From contig NC_087437.1 of the NCBI RefSeq assembly GCF_036321535.1, positions 108,688,001 to 108,752,000 of the forward strand: DNA of 64,000 nucleotides. Direction: 5' to 3'. Positions 1 to 13,957 of this stretch are shown here, in pieces. Each line of letters opens with the position of its first letter. Positions within the stretch are counted from its first letter, which is position 1. The position numbers were made by a program, and so were the translations under genes. The DNA comes from Camelus dromedarius (Eukaryota). The notes under the pieces are model-generated. The model was not told where the DNA came from and did no database searches. It saw only the letters and a program-made list of their open reading frames with translations.

Positions 1-959
1 AAGACAAATATTCTTCCACAATAATTTTATTTTTTTCAAATATTACCTTCATTCCTAAAACACTTTGCTTTGTATAGGTAGCAGCTATGTTGTTTGGTGC
101 AAACAAATTTGTAAATGTAATACACTCTTCATAAACTGTTCCCTTTATTATTACATAATGTACTTCTTCAGTGCATTTAACTTTAAATTTGACCTTGTCT
201 ATTAATTAATATTGCCATTTATTGCATAAAATAAATTGCAGTCATGTCAGAAAATACATATTCTGGGTCTTATAAAGTATCGCCAAAGAATGCCCTCCTT
301 TTGGAAAAGGGATTCTATGAGCTACTCTCCATATAAGTCTTTATACTGTTCAACTAGACTGCATTCATGTCACAAAGCTATATATGTTCTAGGAACAGTG
401 TTCTTACATGGTCAGATGCTTATTGAAAACTACCCAGATTTGAGTCAGGTATTGTGGTTGGTTTCGACTTTTGGACAGTAACAGACTCTTGTTTCAGAGG
501 TTATGCTGACCCAACTCAGCCTGTAATCCCACTATTAAGACTTGTACCCTTTTTCCGATCTTCATGTCTGGACCACAAAACAGCTGCAAATTTCCACCAC
601 ATCTTCCTTTCTTTTTATTTGAATTTGTCTCATATCTCTTTGTTTAATCTTTAATATTAGCCATCAACACTGCCTAAATGAGACTTTATTTTCTTATAAA
701 TAGTATATAGCTACATTGTATTTTTACCCCAGTCTACACGCTCTGTCAACTATGTTCCTAACTACTCTTCTTAACCACCAGGACACTCTACCCCATCTCT
801 ACTTCTTTCTAAATCCCGATAAGATGAAGCTCATAAAATATCTTCATTCACCTCACTCCTCCCCTCCTTCACCCTCCAATGAGAACCTTGGAGAGCTTCT
901 ACTGCTCTCCACAGTCCCCAGCTTCTAGGTCTTCCTGAGTTAGTGTAGAACATATCAGA

Positions 960-2320
960 CATTTCAAACTGAAAAACTTCTGCACAGCAAGGAAACAATC
1001 CACAAAGTAAAAAGGCAAGCTACAGAATGGAAGGAAATATTTGTAAACCATATAGGTAAAGGGTTAATACCCAAAATATATAAGGAACTCAAACCACAAA
1101 ATAGCAAAAAATAAATAAATAAAAACCATATCAAATAATCCAATTTAAAAATGGGCAAAGGATCTGAATAGACATTTCTCCAAAGAAGACATACAAATGG
1201 TCAATGGGTATATGAAAATGTACTTGACATCACTAATCATCAGAGAAATTTGCAAATGTTAGCCACTATATATAAAAATAGATTAAAAAACACATTTATT
1301 CGGTATAGCACAAGGAACTATATTCAGTATCTTATAATAACCTTTAATGAAAAAGAATACAAAAACAAATATATGTATGTATATACATGACTGGGACAGA
1401 AATTGACCCATTTTAACTGACTGTACTTCAATTTAAAAAAATCACAATGAAATATCACCTCACACCTAGTAGGATGGCTATTATCAATAAAAGAAAAGGT
1501 AGCAAGTACTGGTGAGAATTTGGAGAAAAGGGTATTTTTTATACACTGGTAGTGGGGATGTAAATTGATATAGCCACTATGGAAAATAGTATGGAGGTTC
1601 CATCAAAAGTTAAAGATAGAATTACATTTGATCAAGCAATCTCTTGTCGGGGTATATATCCAAAGGAATTGAAACAGGATTTCAAAGAGATATCTGCATA
1701 TTCAGGTTCACTGCAGCATTATTCACATCACCAAGATGTGGAAGCAACCTATACTTTCATCAACAAATGAACAGATAAGGAAAATGCCATATGTAAGCAA
1801 AATGGAAAAGCATTCCACTTTAAAAAAAGAAATTTTATCATATGCAACACGATGAGGATGTTATGCTAAGTGAAATAAGCCAGACACAGAAGAACAAATA
1901 CTACATGATCCGACTTATATGAGAAATCTGAAACACTCAAACTCATAAGAGCAAAGTGTAGAGAGTGGTTACTAGGTGCTGGGGGGAGGGGAAAGCAGGC
2001 AGGTGTTGGTAGAAGAGTACAAAATTTCTGTTATGCAAGATAAATAAGTCCTAGAGATCTTCTGTAGATCATTGTGCCTATAGTTACAATACTGTATTGT
2101 ACACTTGAAACTTTGCTAAAAGGTTAAATCTTTTGTTAGGTGTTCTTATCACAAAAATAAAAAATAAAAATAAATAAGTAGGGCAGGAGGAAACTTTTGG
2201 GGGTGATGGATATGTCTCTGGTATTCGTTATGGTGATGCTTTCACAAGTGTGTTTCTCCAAACTCATCAAGTTTTATACATTAAATATGTATATGCAATA
2301 AAGTGGTTTAAAAACAAAGA
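960..2320 (+). mobile_element. old L1 3' portion (ORF2 end + 3' UTR) with a nested short L1 3' tail at about 1251-1440
   Basis: Typical L1 phrases (aaaatgggcaaaggatctgaatagacatttctccaaagaagacatacaaatgg; atgctaagtgaaataagccagacacaga); the nested piece ends actgactgtacttcaatttaaaaaa. Confidence 0.85.
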
Positions 2321-5300
2321 AAGGAAATTTCCTTAAGGCATAGTCTTCCTGTTGCAAAGACATTGCATAGTACTTATGGATCACATTTTGAGGAATTGTA
2401 TTCTTGTGTTTGTGAGAGGAGGCAAGCTCAAGGTCCTACTACTCCGCTGTCTTGACAAGATTCCCCTCACCACCCAGAGGAATTGTATTCTTATTCAGAT
2501 AGTCATATAACAGAAATAAAGAAGAGAGGAAGGAAGGAAGGAAGGAAGGGAGAGAGGGAGGGAGGGGATGGACATTTATCACTGCTCACCACTGTTATCT
2601 TGCCTCTTTATTTTCTCCATCTTAAGATTTCTGTTGTGGTTCATTTGTTGTTCAGTTGGAGTATTTTCACAAGGACTTTTTTTAAGGGTGCATGGTTGCA
2701 ATACTCTCTGAATTCTTGTTTATGCTCATATTTCTTTCTTTAACCCTCACAGATCAATGATATTTTATTTGAGAATACTTTGGGCTGCAACTCTTTGATA
2801 CTATTCCACTATATATCAGCTTTCAGTAAATTAACTTAAAAAATAAAAAAGGATGTCATTGTCCAATGCTTCACGTATATTTGCTTTGGCTGGTTGTTTG
2901 TAACTCCTGCCTAGAAGATTATAGCATTCTCTTCATTATTAAACATTATTAAAGTTTAAGGCTTTTATCAGTATATGTGTCTTTATCTTTATCAGTATTG
3001 ACGTCTTTTCTTATCAGTAAAGCCTGTAATACTGACAGTCCTTACAATTCACACTCTCAAGACTTTATTTACTTCAGATAAATTTTTATTAGTATTTGTT
3101 TAATTATGCTTCTCTTCCATCTGGCCTTTTTTCCTTTTAGAAACCCTGATTATTTCCATAGTTATCCTCAAATTATAGATCCAAGCTGCATACATTTTCA
3201 GTTAGGATTTCCATTTGTGCTTTGAGCTAGTCCTTTCAGCTGATGATTAGTTGACCAATTTAAGGACCCACAGCAACCATCCTTATCGTCAACTCATCTA
3301 CTAAGTTGTTTATTTCAGAAACCATGCTGTCAAATCAAAAGCAGCCTTTTATCTGTTACACTTAAGCATTGTTCATTTTTTTAAACTCAAGCATTCATCT
3401 GCACTTCCAACAATTTTCTTCCATTGAGTTGGTGCTCTGGGTTTTCTGCCTGATTTTTTTTTTTCTCTCACCTATGAGAGCCTTAGATTTGTTGTTCTTT
3501 ATCTTTGACAGCTCATTGGGACCCCACTCGTGGTGTGGAGATTTCTTAATGGCTGAACTCAAGTGGGTGTTGGAAGGAGAAGAATCCTCCGGCCCCCCTT
3601 GGCCTGAGTATGGAAACCTCGGGCTCTTAATCTCCACTAGGTCTCCCTGTAAAAAGAAAAAGAACCAAATTCATGTCACTTTTGGAGAAAAAGCCCTACT
3701 GCTTACCCTTACCCTCAATGTTTGTTTTTAATGTATTAATAAATGAACTGTTTGAGCTTTATCTTTGCTAGACATTCTCTAGAAGAAAATGTTCTCTTGT
3801 ATATTCAAAGGGTCACCAGATCTCTAGAAGTCCATGAACTTCAGGTTAAGAGAACCTCATAAGAGATCTTTTATAAGGTCACTCATCCCACTCTTAAGGA
3901 CGCTACCCTCATGACCTAATCACCTCCAACGGCCCCCCTTCTTGATATTTTGGCCTTGGATTTCAACATATGAATTGAAAATTCAATTCTTATTCATAAG
4001 TCAATGAATTATTAATTAAACAAAGGATTCAATTCATATGATCAACTGAGACCATAGCATTCAGTATGAAGGGAGAAAGTAAAAAATGTCAAAGGGGTGA
4101 TCCTGTCACGTCAGTTACAATTATAAGGAGCCACGCCATTTTAAGTTCTCACTAAATTACTTTTTTAACCATGAGGATTAGTCTAGGTGACCTCTAAAAT
4201 GTCTTTTAGTTATAAAACTTGCTCTATTTGATTCATGCTCTAAGGTTCTGTTATATCTATATCAAATATTGCTTTGCAAATCAAATTACAAAGTCTTTGG
4301 AAATAGTAGTTATACCTTACACTCGTTTTTATCTCTCACAGAATCTGTGGAAGTATCATACCCAAAATAGACGTTCACACATTGATTGGTTGTTCAATAT
4401 TTTCATCTGTGGGTTTCTCCATATTCACTCAGTTATTTTAATAATTGACATTACCTGCAACCACCAAAAGTGATTATTTCTGGCAGATGAAAGTTTGAGT
4501 ATACTTCTTCTAATTCTTATGATATTCATTTACTCTTTTACGTGTAAACCATTCATTTATCCTCTTTTTTGTTGGACACTGGCAGCTCCAACTATTTCAT
4601 ATGAATTTTTGGAGTTACCATACCTATTCACAATTATTACTTTTTGTTAAAGAATTATTTTGGCTATAAGACTTGGCCCAGCGAAATTTCTGGAGAGTAA
4701 CAGTCAACTGCAAGGAATTGGTGAATTGGAATAAATTGGTCATTAATTTTGTTGAAAAGCCAAAGTTCATATCTGAAAATGGTGGGAAAAATAAGCAAAT
4801 ACGTAACTTTTAATACATGGTTTACTTTGATTGATGTTCACAAAGAGACATTAATGAATTTTCACAATCCAACCAAAATAGTTTATTAGTATTCCATCCA
4901 ATTAGGCAAATAATTTTTATTAGTTTCTGAGCAGTTCTCATATCCAGAGACTATTTAAAGGGTTTATATCTAATTTAGGGCTTATTCATTTTTTTGGTGT
5001 CACGTAAGTATTTCAATTTGTACAGTAATGTTACAGACTAGAAAGACAATTGGTACTAGATGATTCAAACTGCAATCTTGTTTACACCAGAGAGTAGCCA
5101 CTGACCTTCATGAGGCTACTAATCCTCCTGTACTCTTTGGCAAGGCAGGAATAGTAACCTCCCACTCCAGAATTACAGTGTAAACTCTGAGGACATGAAG
5201 GACTTTTATAGATTTGTCTTCCTTGGAAGACATCTCACAAAGACCTAAAGTTATTTCTAGAATACTATATTTCTAGTGACAGAGAAAGTCTCACATTTAC

Positions 5301-6894
5301 TTTATCAATTAAATCTATTGGAATAATTAAGTTTATCACAAATATGCCTGTGGAGATAAAAATCACTGATACTCTAATGAAGTCAGAAGTGATGGATAGT
5401 GAGCTAAGGATTATAGTGCTAGCATGTACGTTATAAGGCTTGGTGGATAAGTGTAATTCCTACAACAAACATATTCTAATAAATATAATATACTTAAAAG
5501 TAATAAAATAATTTACTTAAACCAACATATAATAAGCCAATGCAACTTCACATAACCAACCATGATGATAAGCACACAGTTTACAGTCTACAATCACATT
5601 TAAAGTCAGAAGTTCACAAAGTTAGAAATCACGGATCCTTAAAACTATTAAATGAAACTTCTTTCATTTACAGAGGAACTCTTTTCCATTCTTAGCAAAC
5701 AGACTTGAAAAAGAAAAACTCAATTTTATTATAAAAAGAAACTGGATACAGACAGACATAATTTAAATTTTATGACAGCTGATTCTTCATTAAATTAATT
5801 GACACTTGCAGCTACAACACTGAGTTATAATTTCTAGTTAGGACTGAATTAAAATGTGAGGCTTATAATTCTCTATGACCAACGTAGTATGCCAATAATA
5901 ATTATTATGACCATAATAATACATTGAAAGTAGGTAATACTTACTGAGCACTTACGATGTGCCAGGATTTTAACTATGAATATTTATTTAATACCCAGAA
6001 CTGCCCTGTGAGGTGGTTCCTAGTATGACACTCATTTCACAGATGAGGAAATGACAGTTTAAAGAAGTTAAGGTCACAGAACTAGGAAGAGATAGATTCT
6101 CATTCAAACCATGCCCTGAAGAGTTAAATCATTTGTACGTCTCGTAGTTCAACAAACTGTAGTGCCCCTTTTCCATAACGTGATTTAATATGATGCTGCT
6201 GTTTTTGCTGAAGTAATCAGCTTACCTGAGGTGAGGTCATCACGTGCCACTTTCCACAAAATACTCCTTTCCAATCTCTTCCTCCTCACCATACTGCTTT
6301 CCTTTACTTCTCTCTCCTTTTTCTCTTTCACTGATTTTTTTCCTTCCCTTTACCAATTTTCATTTTCCCAACTTTTCTCCAGTTGTCCTTATCAGAGCAG
6401 TAAGTTTGCCAGGATCACCCAGAAATACCAAACAATTCCTGAAAGTGGACCCTTGGGGCTCCAGGGACTGATGATCCTTGAGATAGAAATTGAAGACAAG
6501 AAACAGAAGCCGGGAAAACCGAAGCGTTTTTCTCTGCACTTTCTTTCTCTCGTAAAAAGTGCTGCTCACTTCCATTTATCTGGGTGTAAATGAAAACAAA
6601 AACAAACTGTCTAGCATAAAATGAAAGGGCTGTTTGTAAATTTATTTGAATTTGGGCCTAGAATATTCTGATAAAACAGAGAGGGAGTTTAAGGGGTCAC
6701 TTATTTTAGCTCATGCCTTCCCTCTGACAGGCAAGTTAGCATTGTACTGTAGGCAGGTCAACCCCCTCGTTTCATCAATGAGAGCGCTAAGGCTCGGAGA
6801 AGTGAGCTTAAACTCAAGGCGAAATAAACAAGAGAATGCGATTACATACGGCTGGGAGAGAAGGGGAGAATCACTTCAGAAAAGGTTGTGGTTG

Positions 6895-7200
6895 CATTCG
6901 TTTCTTTTGGTTGCTCTAACAACAAATTGCCAAAAACAGAAACGTATTCACCACACTTCTCGAGGCCAGAAGTCGGAAATCAAGATGTCAGTGGGGCCAC
7001 ATCCGCTCTGAGGGCTCTAGGGGATACACTATTGCCTCTTTCAGCTTCTGGTGGCTCCAGACGTCCCTTGGCTTGTGGACTCATCACTCCAGCCTCCGCC
7101 GCTGTGACCACCTGGCCCTCTCCTCTCTGTGTCTGTGTGTCAGCTTCTGCTGCCTCACTCACATAAAGGCACTTGTTACGGGATTTAAGTCCCACATTTC
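6895..7200 (-). mobile_element. MaLR LTR fragment (MLT1B/C-like)
   Basis: ggccagaagtcggaaatcaagatgtcag...cagcttctggtggctccagacgtcccttggcttgtgg...atcactccagcctc. Confidence 0.7.
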
Positions 7201-7319
7201 GGCCTGCTGAAACCAAGGAGGGGGACCAACACTCTGGAACCAAGGAGGGAGCAGCCTCGTCTCTTGGGCTGGTGGTGGGAGTGACAGTCCTGATGGTCTC
7301 TGAATCACCTTTTGGGTGA

Positions 7320-7418
7320 TACGGGATACGGAGGGTCCACAGTAAAAACTATACTTGATTTTTAACTGCAGGGAGGGTCAGTGCCCTTAATGCCCATGTT
7401 GTTCGAGGATCAACTGTA
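7320..7418. mobile_element. Tigger2/MER8-like DNA transposon end
   Basis: Ends catgttgttcgaggatcaactg-TA, the same TIR as the element at 44428-44643. Confidence 0.6.
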
Positions 7419-7431
7419 CTTCTCTTTTCTT

Positions 7432-7573
7432 TTTTAATTTTTCTTTTTTTTTTTTTTCCTCAGGGAAAGTAATTAGGTTTATTTATTTATTTTTAGAGGA
7501 GGTGCTGGGGATTGAACCCAGGACCTTGTGCATGCTAGGCAGGCGCTCTACCACTTGAGCTGTACCTTCCCCC
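7432..7573 (-). mobile_element. tRNA-Ala-derived SINE (vic-1-like)
   Basis: A and B boxes on the - strand, A-rich tail; 17-bp TSD tgtacttc(t/c)cttttctt at 7415-7431 and 7574-7590. Confidence 0.9.
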
Positions 7574-7589
7574 TGTACTTCCCTTTTCT

Positions 7590-8676
7590 TGAAGAGTAAA
7601 CCAGGCTTGCGGCTGAATCATCCAACCCTGTCGAGTCCTTGAAGTGTGACAGCCTTCCTTTATGCTGTTGCACTTTCTCTGCCCGGTTTAGATCAGACTG
7701 GCATTGTCTCTGCTAGTAGAATCCCACCTCTGTTCCTGGCTTCTGCTGACATAGCTGATCGAATCCACAGGCACCCACGACCTCTTTAGCAAATGGTTGT
7801 TCAGCCACACTCTTATGGTTCTTTTCAGAATACAGTTCCTCATTTTTTGCAATATGGATAAGCTGAGATTTTTCCAAATCTTCACATTCTGGCTGCTTTT
7901 TGCTTAACAATCCCTTCAGTTTATCGCTCTCCTCTCCAGTTTTACTATGAGCGGTGAAGAGAAACCAAGCTGCCCTTTCAAATCCTTTGCTTAGAAATCT
8001 CCTCGGCTAAATATCTAATTTCATTGCTCACAATGGAACATAATTCAGCCAAGTTCTTTGCCGCTTTATAACAAGGTTTGCCTTGCTTCTGATTTCTAAT
8101 AACTTGTTCCTCGTTTAGGTTGGAGACCTCACTGAAAGTGCCTTTAACATCCATACGTCAACCAGCACTCCCTTCAGGGCAATCTAGGCTTTTTCTAACG
8201 TGCACCCCCAGCCTCTGACTACTACCCAGGCCCAAAGCCACTTCCACGTGCTTGGTATTTGTTATAGCAGCACCCTACTTCTCAGTACCAGAATCCATAT
8301 CAGTTAGCTTCAGCTGCCGTAACAAAATACCACTGACTGGGTGGCTTCAATGAGGAAAAATTTACTTTCTCACAGTTCTGGAGGCAGGGAAGTCCAATAA
8401 GGTTCCTGCTTATACTGCTCTTCCTAGCTTGTAGATGGTCATCTTCTTGCTATGTTCTCACATGGATTTTCTCTGGGTACAAGCAGAGGAAAAGAGAGCA
8501 ATCTCTCTGATGTCTCTCCTTATAAGGAAAATAATCCTATGAGATCAGGGCCCCACCTTATAACCTCACTTGACCTTAGTCACTTCCTAAGCGGCCCATC
8601 TCCAAGTATAACCACACCAGGGGTTAGGACTTCAGCATGTGTCTTTGGGGCGAACAGAAACATTCGGTCCATAACA
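7590..8676 (-). mobile_element. MaLR internal segment plus MLT1A-like LTR (about 8297-8676)
   Basis: ccacttccacgtgcttggtatttgttatagcagcaccctacttctcagtacca junction, then gctgccgtaacaaaataccac...ctcacagttctggaggc...tccataaca. Confidence 0.7.
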
Positions 8677-11600
8677 CACACCTTAACCAAAAACAAAAAA
8701 CAAACAAAAAAAAACCCCCAAGAAACAAAAAGCTAAAAGTAAAATGATGGATGAAGCTAAAATATGCTGAACATCAAACAAAACCTAGCATAGCTATACT
8801 AATTTCACACAAAGTAGACTTTCAGGTAAGAAGCTCTATCAGAGAGGAAAAGAAATGTTTTCAATGATAAAGATTCAATTAACCATGACTATGTAATTCT
8901 TCTGAATCTGGTCATCTATTAACGTAGGGTGAAAATCTATAATGCAAAAATTGATCAATCTAAAACAAAAAAATAGAGTGTTCACAATTGAAGTGGGATA
9001 CTTTAACGCACCTCTTTCTGTAATTGATAGAAAAAGCAGACAAAAAGAATATGTTCGGGCAGAGAAGACTTAACATGAAAGTTGTCTTTAAAAGGCTAGA
9101 GCCAAAGAAAAGTAAAAGATGATATACGCCCTTAGTGACCCAGAATTACTCCAGATAACATCAACATAAGGTGTGGCATAGTGGTGGAGGAAGAGAACAA
9201 AATGACCTGCGAGGACTCTAAATTACTTGCCTGGTTCAAGGGAAATATGGACATTGAAAAGTTTCAGGACTCAAGAGAAAAAAATACATATGTATGACAA
9301 TGGGCTTAAGCAAGGAGAAACCACCATAAGAATAAAAACAGAATGTATAGCTTTTCAGGACAGAGAAGAAAACTAATCTAGCCAATGAAAAGTGGGAAAC
9401 TGAAATGACAGTCACAAACTTCTCCACTTAAAAACACACCCTGATAATTTATTTTAAGTAGTAATGCACTTCCCAGCTCCCCTGGAACTGTTTGAGCTTT
9501 GGGGGACATTATTTTACCGCTCTGAGCTTTAATTTCTTCTTCTATAAAAGGAAGTTGTTATTCCATATAAAGAACTTCGCACAATGTCAGAGTAAAAGGC
9601 GTTCAGTAAACATTAACTACCGTTTACTATTCTTACTAATTTTTACTATTATTGTTACTACTGTTTCTACTATCATTATTCATGTATCTTTATAGTCTCC
9701 TGAGTCCCTGACATAATGAACTCATGGTAAGCGCATCAACATTTTTTTAGTTTGACTCATGCAAACAGATATAATTAGATCTTACAGACATGGGTAGTAT
9801 TTCTTTGCAAGAAGAGATACAAAGAAGAGTTTGTGTGAACTCCAAAGTATGTCACAAGTAATAGTATATGGTGGCACAGCTATGGAGCAGAATGCATTAG
9901 AAAGCGTCAGTTACAAAGACTGACTGATTTGGGTGTGGAAGTCAAATTCTTGCTCAATTGGAGTTAAGTTAGAACAGAAAGAGAAGAGCTTATTCTTGTC
10001 CACGGCTTGCTGGTAAGGAGTCAGGAAGCACATCACTAACTAGGTCTGTACATCAAGCCCCTACATCTTCACCTCTGTTTAGTCGATAGCAAATTTCAAT
10101 TTGAAGTCGGCTTTGCATATAATCGGTGCTCAAGAAATATTTATCAATTTATCAACTTTGATCACTTTGTCAGTTTAGCAATTTCAATCATTTTATCAAC
10201 TTATCAATTAGGTTGTACATAGTTTGCCACACTTTTTCAGATACCAAGCATGTCCAAAACTGACTTATCAGTATCTGATCTTTAGAGAGACACTACTTAA
10301 TGGAGAAAGATTCAAACCAAGGTTTTCTATTATACGTTATGGATGAACAAAAGAAAATTTGCTTTTATTATCAGTCTCTGCAAAGATTCAGTGAACTGTT
10401 CTTTCAAGAAGCATGACTTGAAAATTTAGTAGAACACTTATTGGAAACAAGAAAGATGAACACCTGAACAGGCTGGAAAATGCATCAGAGATAAACGCCT
10501 AAGCTCGTAGCAAAATGGCCAGGAAAGGAATGTTAATGTTAGTGTGAAATACACGATGGATTCAGTTATTAATTTTCCCATCAAAGTTTCACTTCAAAAA
10601 ACAAACAGTGCAGACTAGTCAGTGTTTCATAATGGAAAAAAAAAAAGGCATACCTTAGGAACTAGTTCACGGAGATATTTTCGTTCCTTTGCTTTGTTTC
10701 CCAATTAATCTTTTGACTATTTTGTGCACTTCCTTTCCTTCGGGAAATACTCTGAATCTGATCTGATTGTTTTCTTAAACCTATTTCGTGTGTGCAAAAT
10801 ACTTTGGTATTTGCAAATTTACAAAATGTTCTTAAAATCAAGAGAAAATAAATAAGTTAGAGTAAATTAAAACAAGTCCAACTCATTAAGCACATTTTTT
10901 GAAATCCCTCAAGTGTAGGAAGAATGTAGGTAGAAGAGAACAACAAACAGTTAGGCTTGGGCCAGAACTTAGAGAAATCTCTGAAGATGTCAAAAATGAT
11001 TTCATGTGAATAGTTGTGTTTGGGTTTTTTTTTTTTCCTGAGGATTTCTTTTTTAAAAAGGGGCAGGGGTAGAATTGGAGAAGAGCGCGAAAGAGACAAG
11101 CTTATCAGAATTCAAATCTGGCAAGGATATTTTGGTGTAGTGAGCCTTCCCCAGCCGCTTACCATCTAGTGATAATTCGATTCCTTTCAAATCAACAAGA
11201 AGGAGCCATACTAGCACTGCGGGTGAAGAAAAAGATGAACAAGACTGGGTTTTCACCCACACAAACTATTTGAGAAGAAAAAACTGGCTAAAATACACAA
11301 TAATATTATAATGTTGTATAAGATTATAACAATCATATTACAAAGAGGATTTCCAAGGTCATCTTCTCCCAGAAGTCCAAAGGAGATGACCTCTACTTCT
11401 TGCCTGTTAAATCCTTCCTATCTTCCTGTTCCTCAAGGCGACTTTAATCCCACATCTGTTTCATAGTCTACAAAACTTTCCAGCTTGCTTGTTGTTAATG
11501 CTGCCAATATGATTCCATTACAAATATCCTTTGATTTTAGTTCTAAAAATGTGGAAAGAGTGTCTTTTGCCCCAAGGAAGAAGGCAGCATAACACGCAGG

Positions 11601-12232
11601 GGCAAAATAGCATAGTGACTAAGAACACAGACTTCAGAGCCAGATGATCTTGGTACACATTTCAGGATCGCCAGTGGGCAACTTTGGGATTGTTATGTAA
11701 TCTCTTTAAGCCTCAGTTTCTCCATCTCCAAAATGGGTATATTAATAGTTCCTACCTCATAAAGCTGTGAGCCTCAAATGAGGCAGCAACTGTATTTGGA
11801 AAACTAGTGGACATAATTGTTAGCCACATAAGCAAAATTAGATATGATTAATGCTTGATATAGGTACATTCATTCATGCATTTGACAAATATTTCCTGAG
11901 TGCCTATTCTGTGCCAGATACTGGTCTAGGCACTGAATACCATAGGTGAATCAGACAGACAAGGTCCAAGGCCTCATGCAGCTTCCATGGTCATCTCAAC
12001 AAGAAAATGGGCTCCATTAGGAAGAAGAGCATCAAATACCATTGTGTACCTCCCATGGTGCTTTGCACAAAGTAGACAAGAGGGGTTTATAAGGAAATTA
12101 CAGTAAGTGGAAGAAAGACATGATTCAAAAATCTTGCACTCCTGGGCAAAGAAAATAACAATTATGTAGATAAACCAGTGGTATTCTGCTACGATCTGAA
12201 ATCTAGTCCTTTAACATTTCCTAAAAGTCTTT

Positions 12233-12365
12233 GGGTGAGGGTGTAGCTCAGTGGTAGAGCACATGCTGAGCAGGCACAAGGCCCTGATTTCAGTCCCCAG
12301 TACCTCCATTAAAAAATAAACAAATAAACCCAATTACTTCCCCCATTCGAAAAAAAAAAAAAAAA
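12233..12365 (+). mobile_element. tRNA-Ala-derived SINE (vic-1-like)
   Basis: gtagctcagtggtagagcacatgctgagca...ccccagtacctcca + aaataaacccaattacttccccc + poly(A). Confidence 0.9.
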
Positions 12366-13957
12366 GGTCAACTCCTTGGTAATTGAGAATATATATAATG
12401 GATTACACAAAGTTTCCACTGCACCATGCCACGTTTTGCTCATGAGGCAGAGGAATGCGTGGAGTGGAGCATACTTCTGGAATGTGATGTTCAGCAGGTG
12501 AGTCCAGATCACCCTGGGTTTCATGGCCGTTCTGTCTGGAGCACCTGACTGCCAATTGGGAGACTCGGCTTTGCTCCCAGTCTTAGAGCCACAGGAGGTA
12601 ATCACCTGGCCAGAGTGACTGCAGGAGGCCAGGGAGGCCCTGGAACACCTAGCTAAGGAGTGTTCACTTCCCTAAGACGAGTTATTATGAAAACACATGT
12701 TCCTCTAGGACTGTAATTTAGTTCATTTTTATTCACTCTTTATGGTAAGTTACAATCAGATATTTTCTTTTTTAAAAAAAAGAACTTCAGGAATTTCTAG
12801 TCTAATTATAAAAATATGTCTTGTTTGTTGAAAAAACTTGGAAGCCATAACTTTGCACACCTGCACAGCCTTTCTAAAGAGCAAGGTTTGGGAATTGTGG
12901 AGAAACTTAGAGGGAGTTTGCAAAGCATTGGCCTGGTAAGTCAGGAGACCGGGGTTCTAGTTTTGACTGAGATTAAGTAGCTAGCTGAACTTACGTGAAA
13001 TAACATCTCTGGACACCTGTTTCCACATCTATAAAATAAGAGCTTTTAGGTTCCCCTTCCACCTGTGATTTTTTTTTAAGTATTTACTAAATAAACATGA
13101 ACCATAGGCCCATCTCTTTCACATGGTATTAAAAACAACTTTGTATGATGGTTACATTTTACAACGAGGAATTTAGGGCTCAGAAAAGCTTATTTACGCA
13201 AAGCTGAAGAATGCGGGGCAAAGGTGTGATTTAAGGATATCGTCCGACTCTAAGTCGCATTCTCTTCTTACCAAACTACAGCTGCCGTCTTTAATTTACT
13301 GGGGTGCAAAGTGGCTCTGGGTGGGAGAAGAAAGAATGGCCCCGACTACACAACCTCATTGCCTACTTGACCCTTTTGCCCAAGGTGCTCTATCACCTCC
13401 CTGTAGGAAACCCTCTGTTTTACATCTGTGAGGTGAAGAGGTTAAAAAGTTGAGTCTTACCCACAGACAGTATCTGAGTTTCACTGAATGGACATTCAGA
13501 AGATAGGCTCTCAAATAAAAGTCTCTGTCTTCTTTCCACCTGTTCCCCAATGGTTGTGGAGAAACAGAATCAGAAAATAGGATGGCATATAGATCAAACT
13601 CAACTGTAACAATCTCCCAGGAAGCATCAGACACATGAGTCATTGTGCCAGTTTTATCTACAACGCCAGCAAAATTAAAATATCTATCCATTCTCCCCGC
13701 TGAAGGGATAGTCTCTTCATTACCTCCCAAGTTTGGGTTAGGGGCAAAGACCCATCCCATGGCCAGTCCAATCATTGGACTACAATGTGGCCTGGCCAAT
13801 AAATGTTTACCCAAACAGAGCAGGATGCCTATACTAGGAATCTGAATAGTGAAATACAGAAAAAGTGGGTCATTTGGTAGCCACAGAGAAGACACTGGAT
13901 GTATAGTGTCTTCATAGGGATGTGTAGTGTCTTCATATTGAAGCAGAGCATCTAGAG

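Noticed and set aside
1..4300. Exons of LTN1, the usual upstream neighbour of N6AMT1
   Set aside because: I recognised none; the region looks like L1-type decay.
13256..13320. 45-nt - strand exon-like segment
   Set aside because: It overlaps the end of a probable MIR and shows no domain motif; likely a pseudo-exon.
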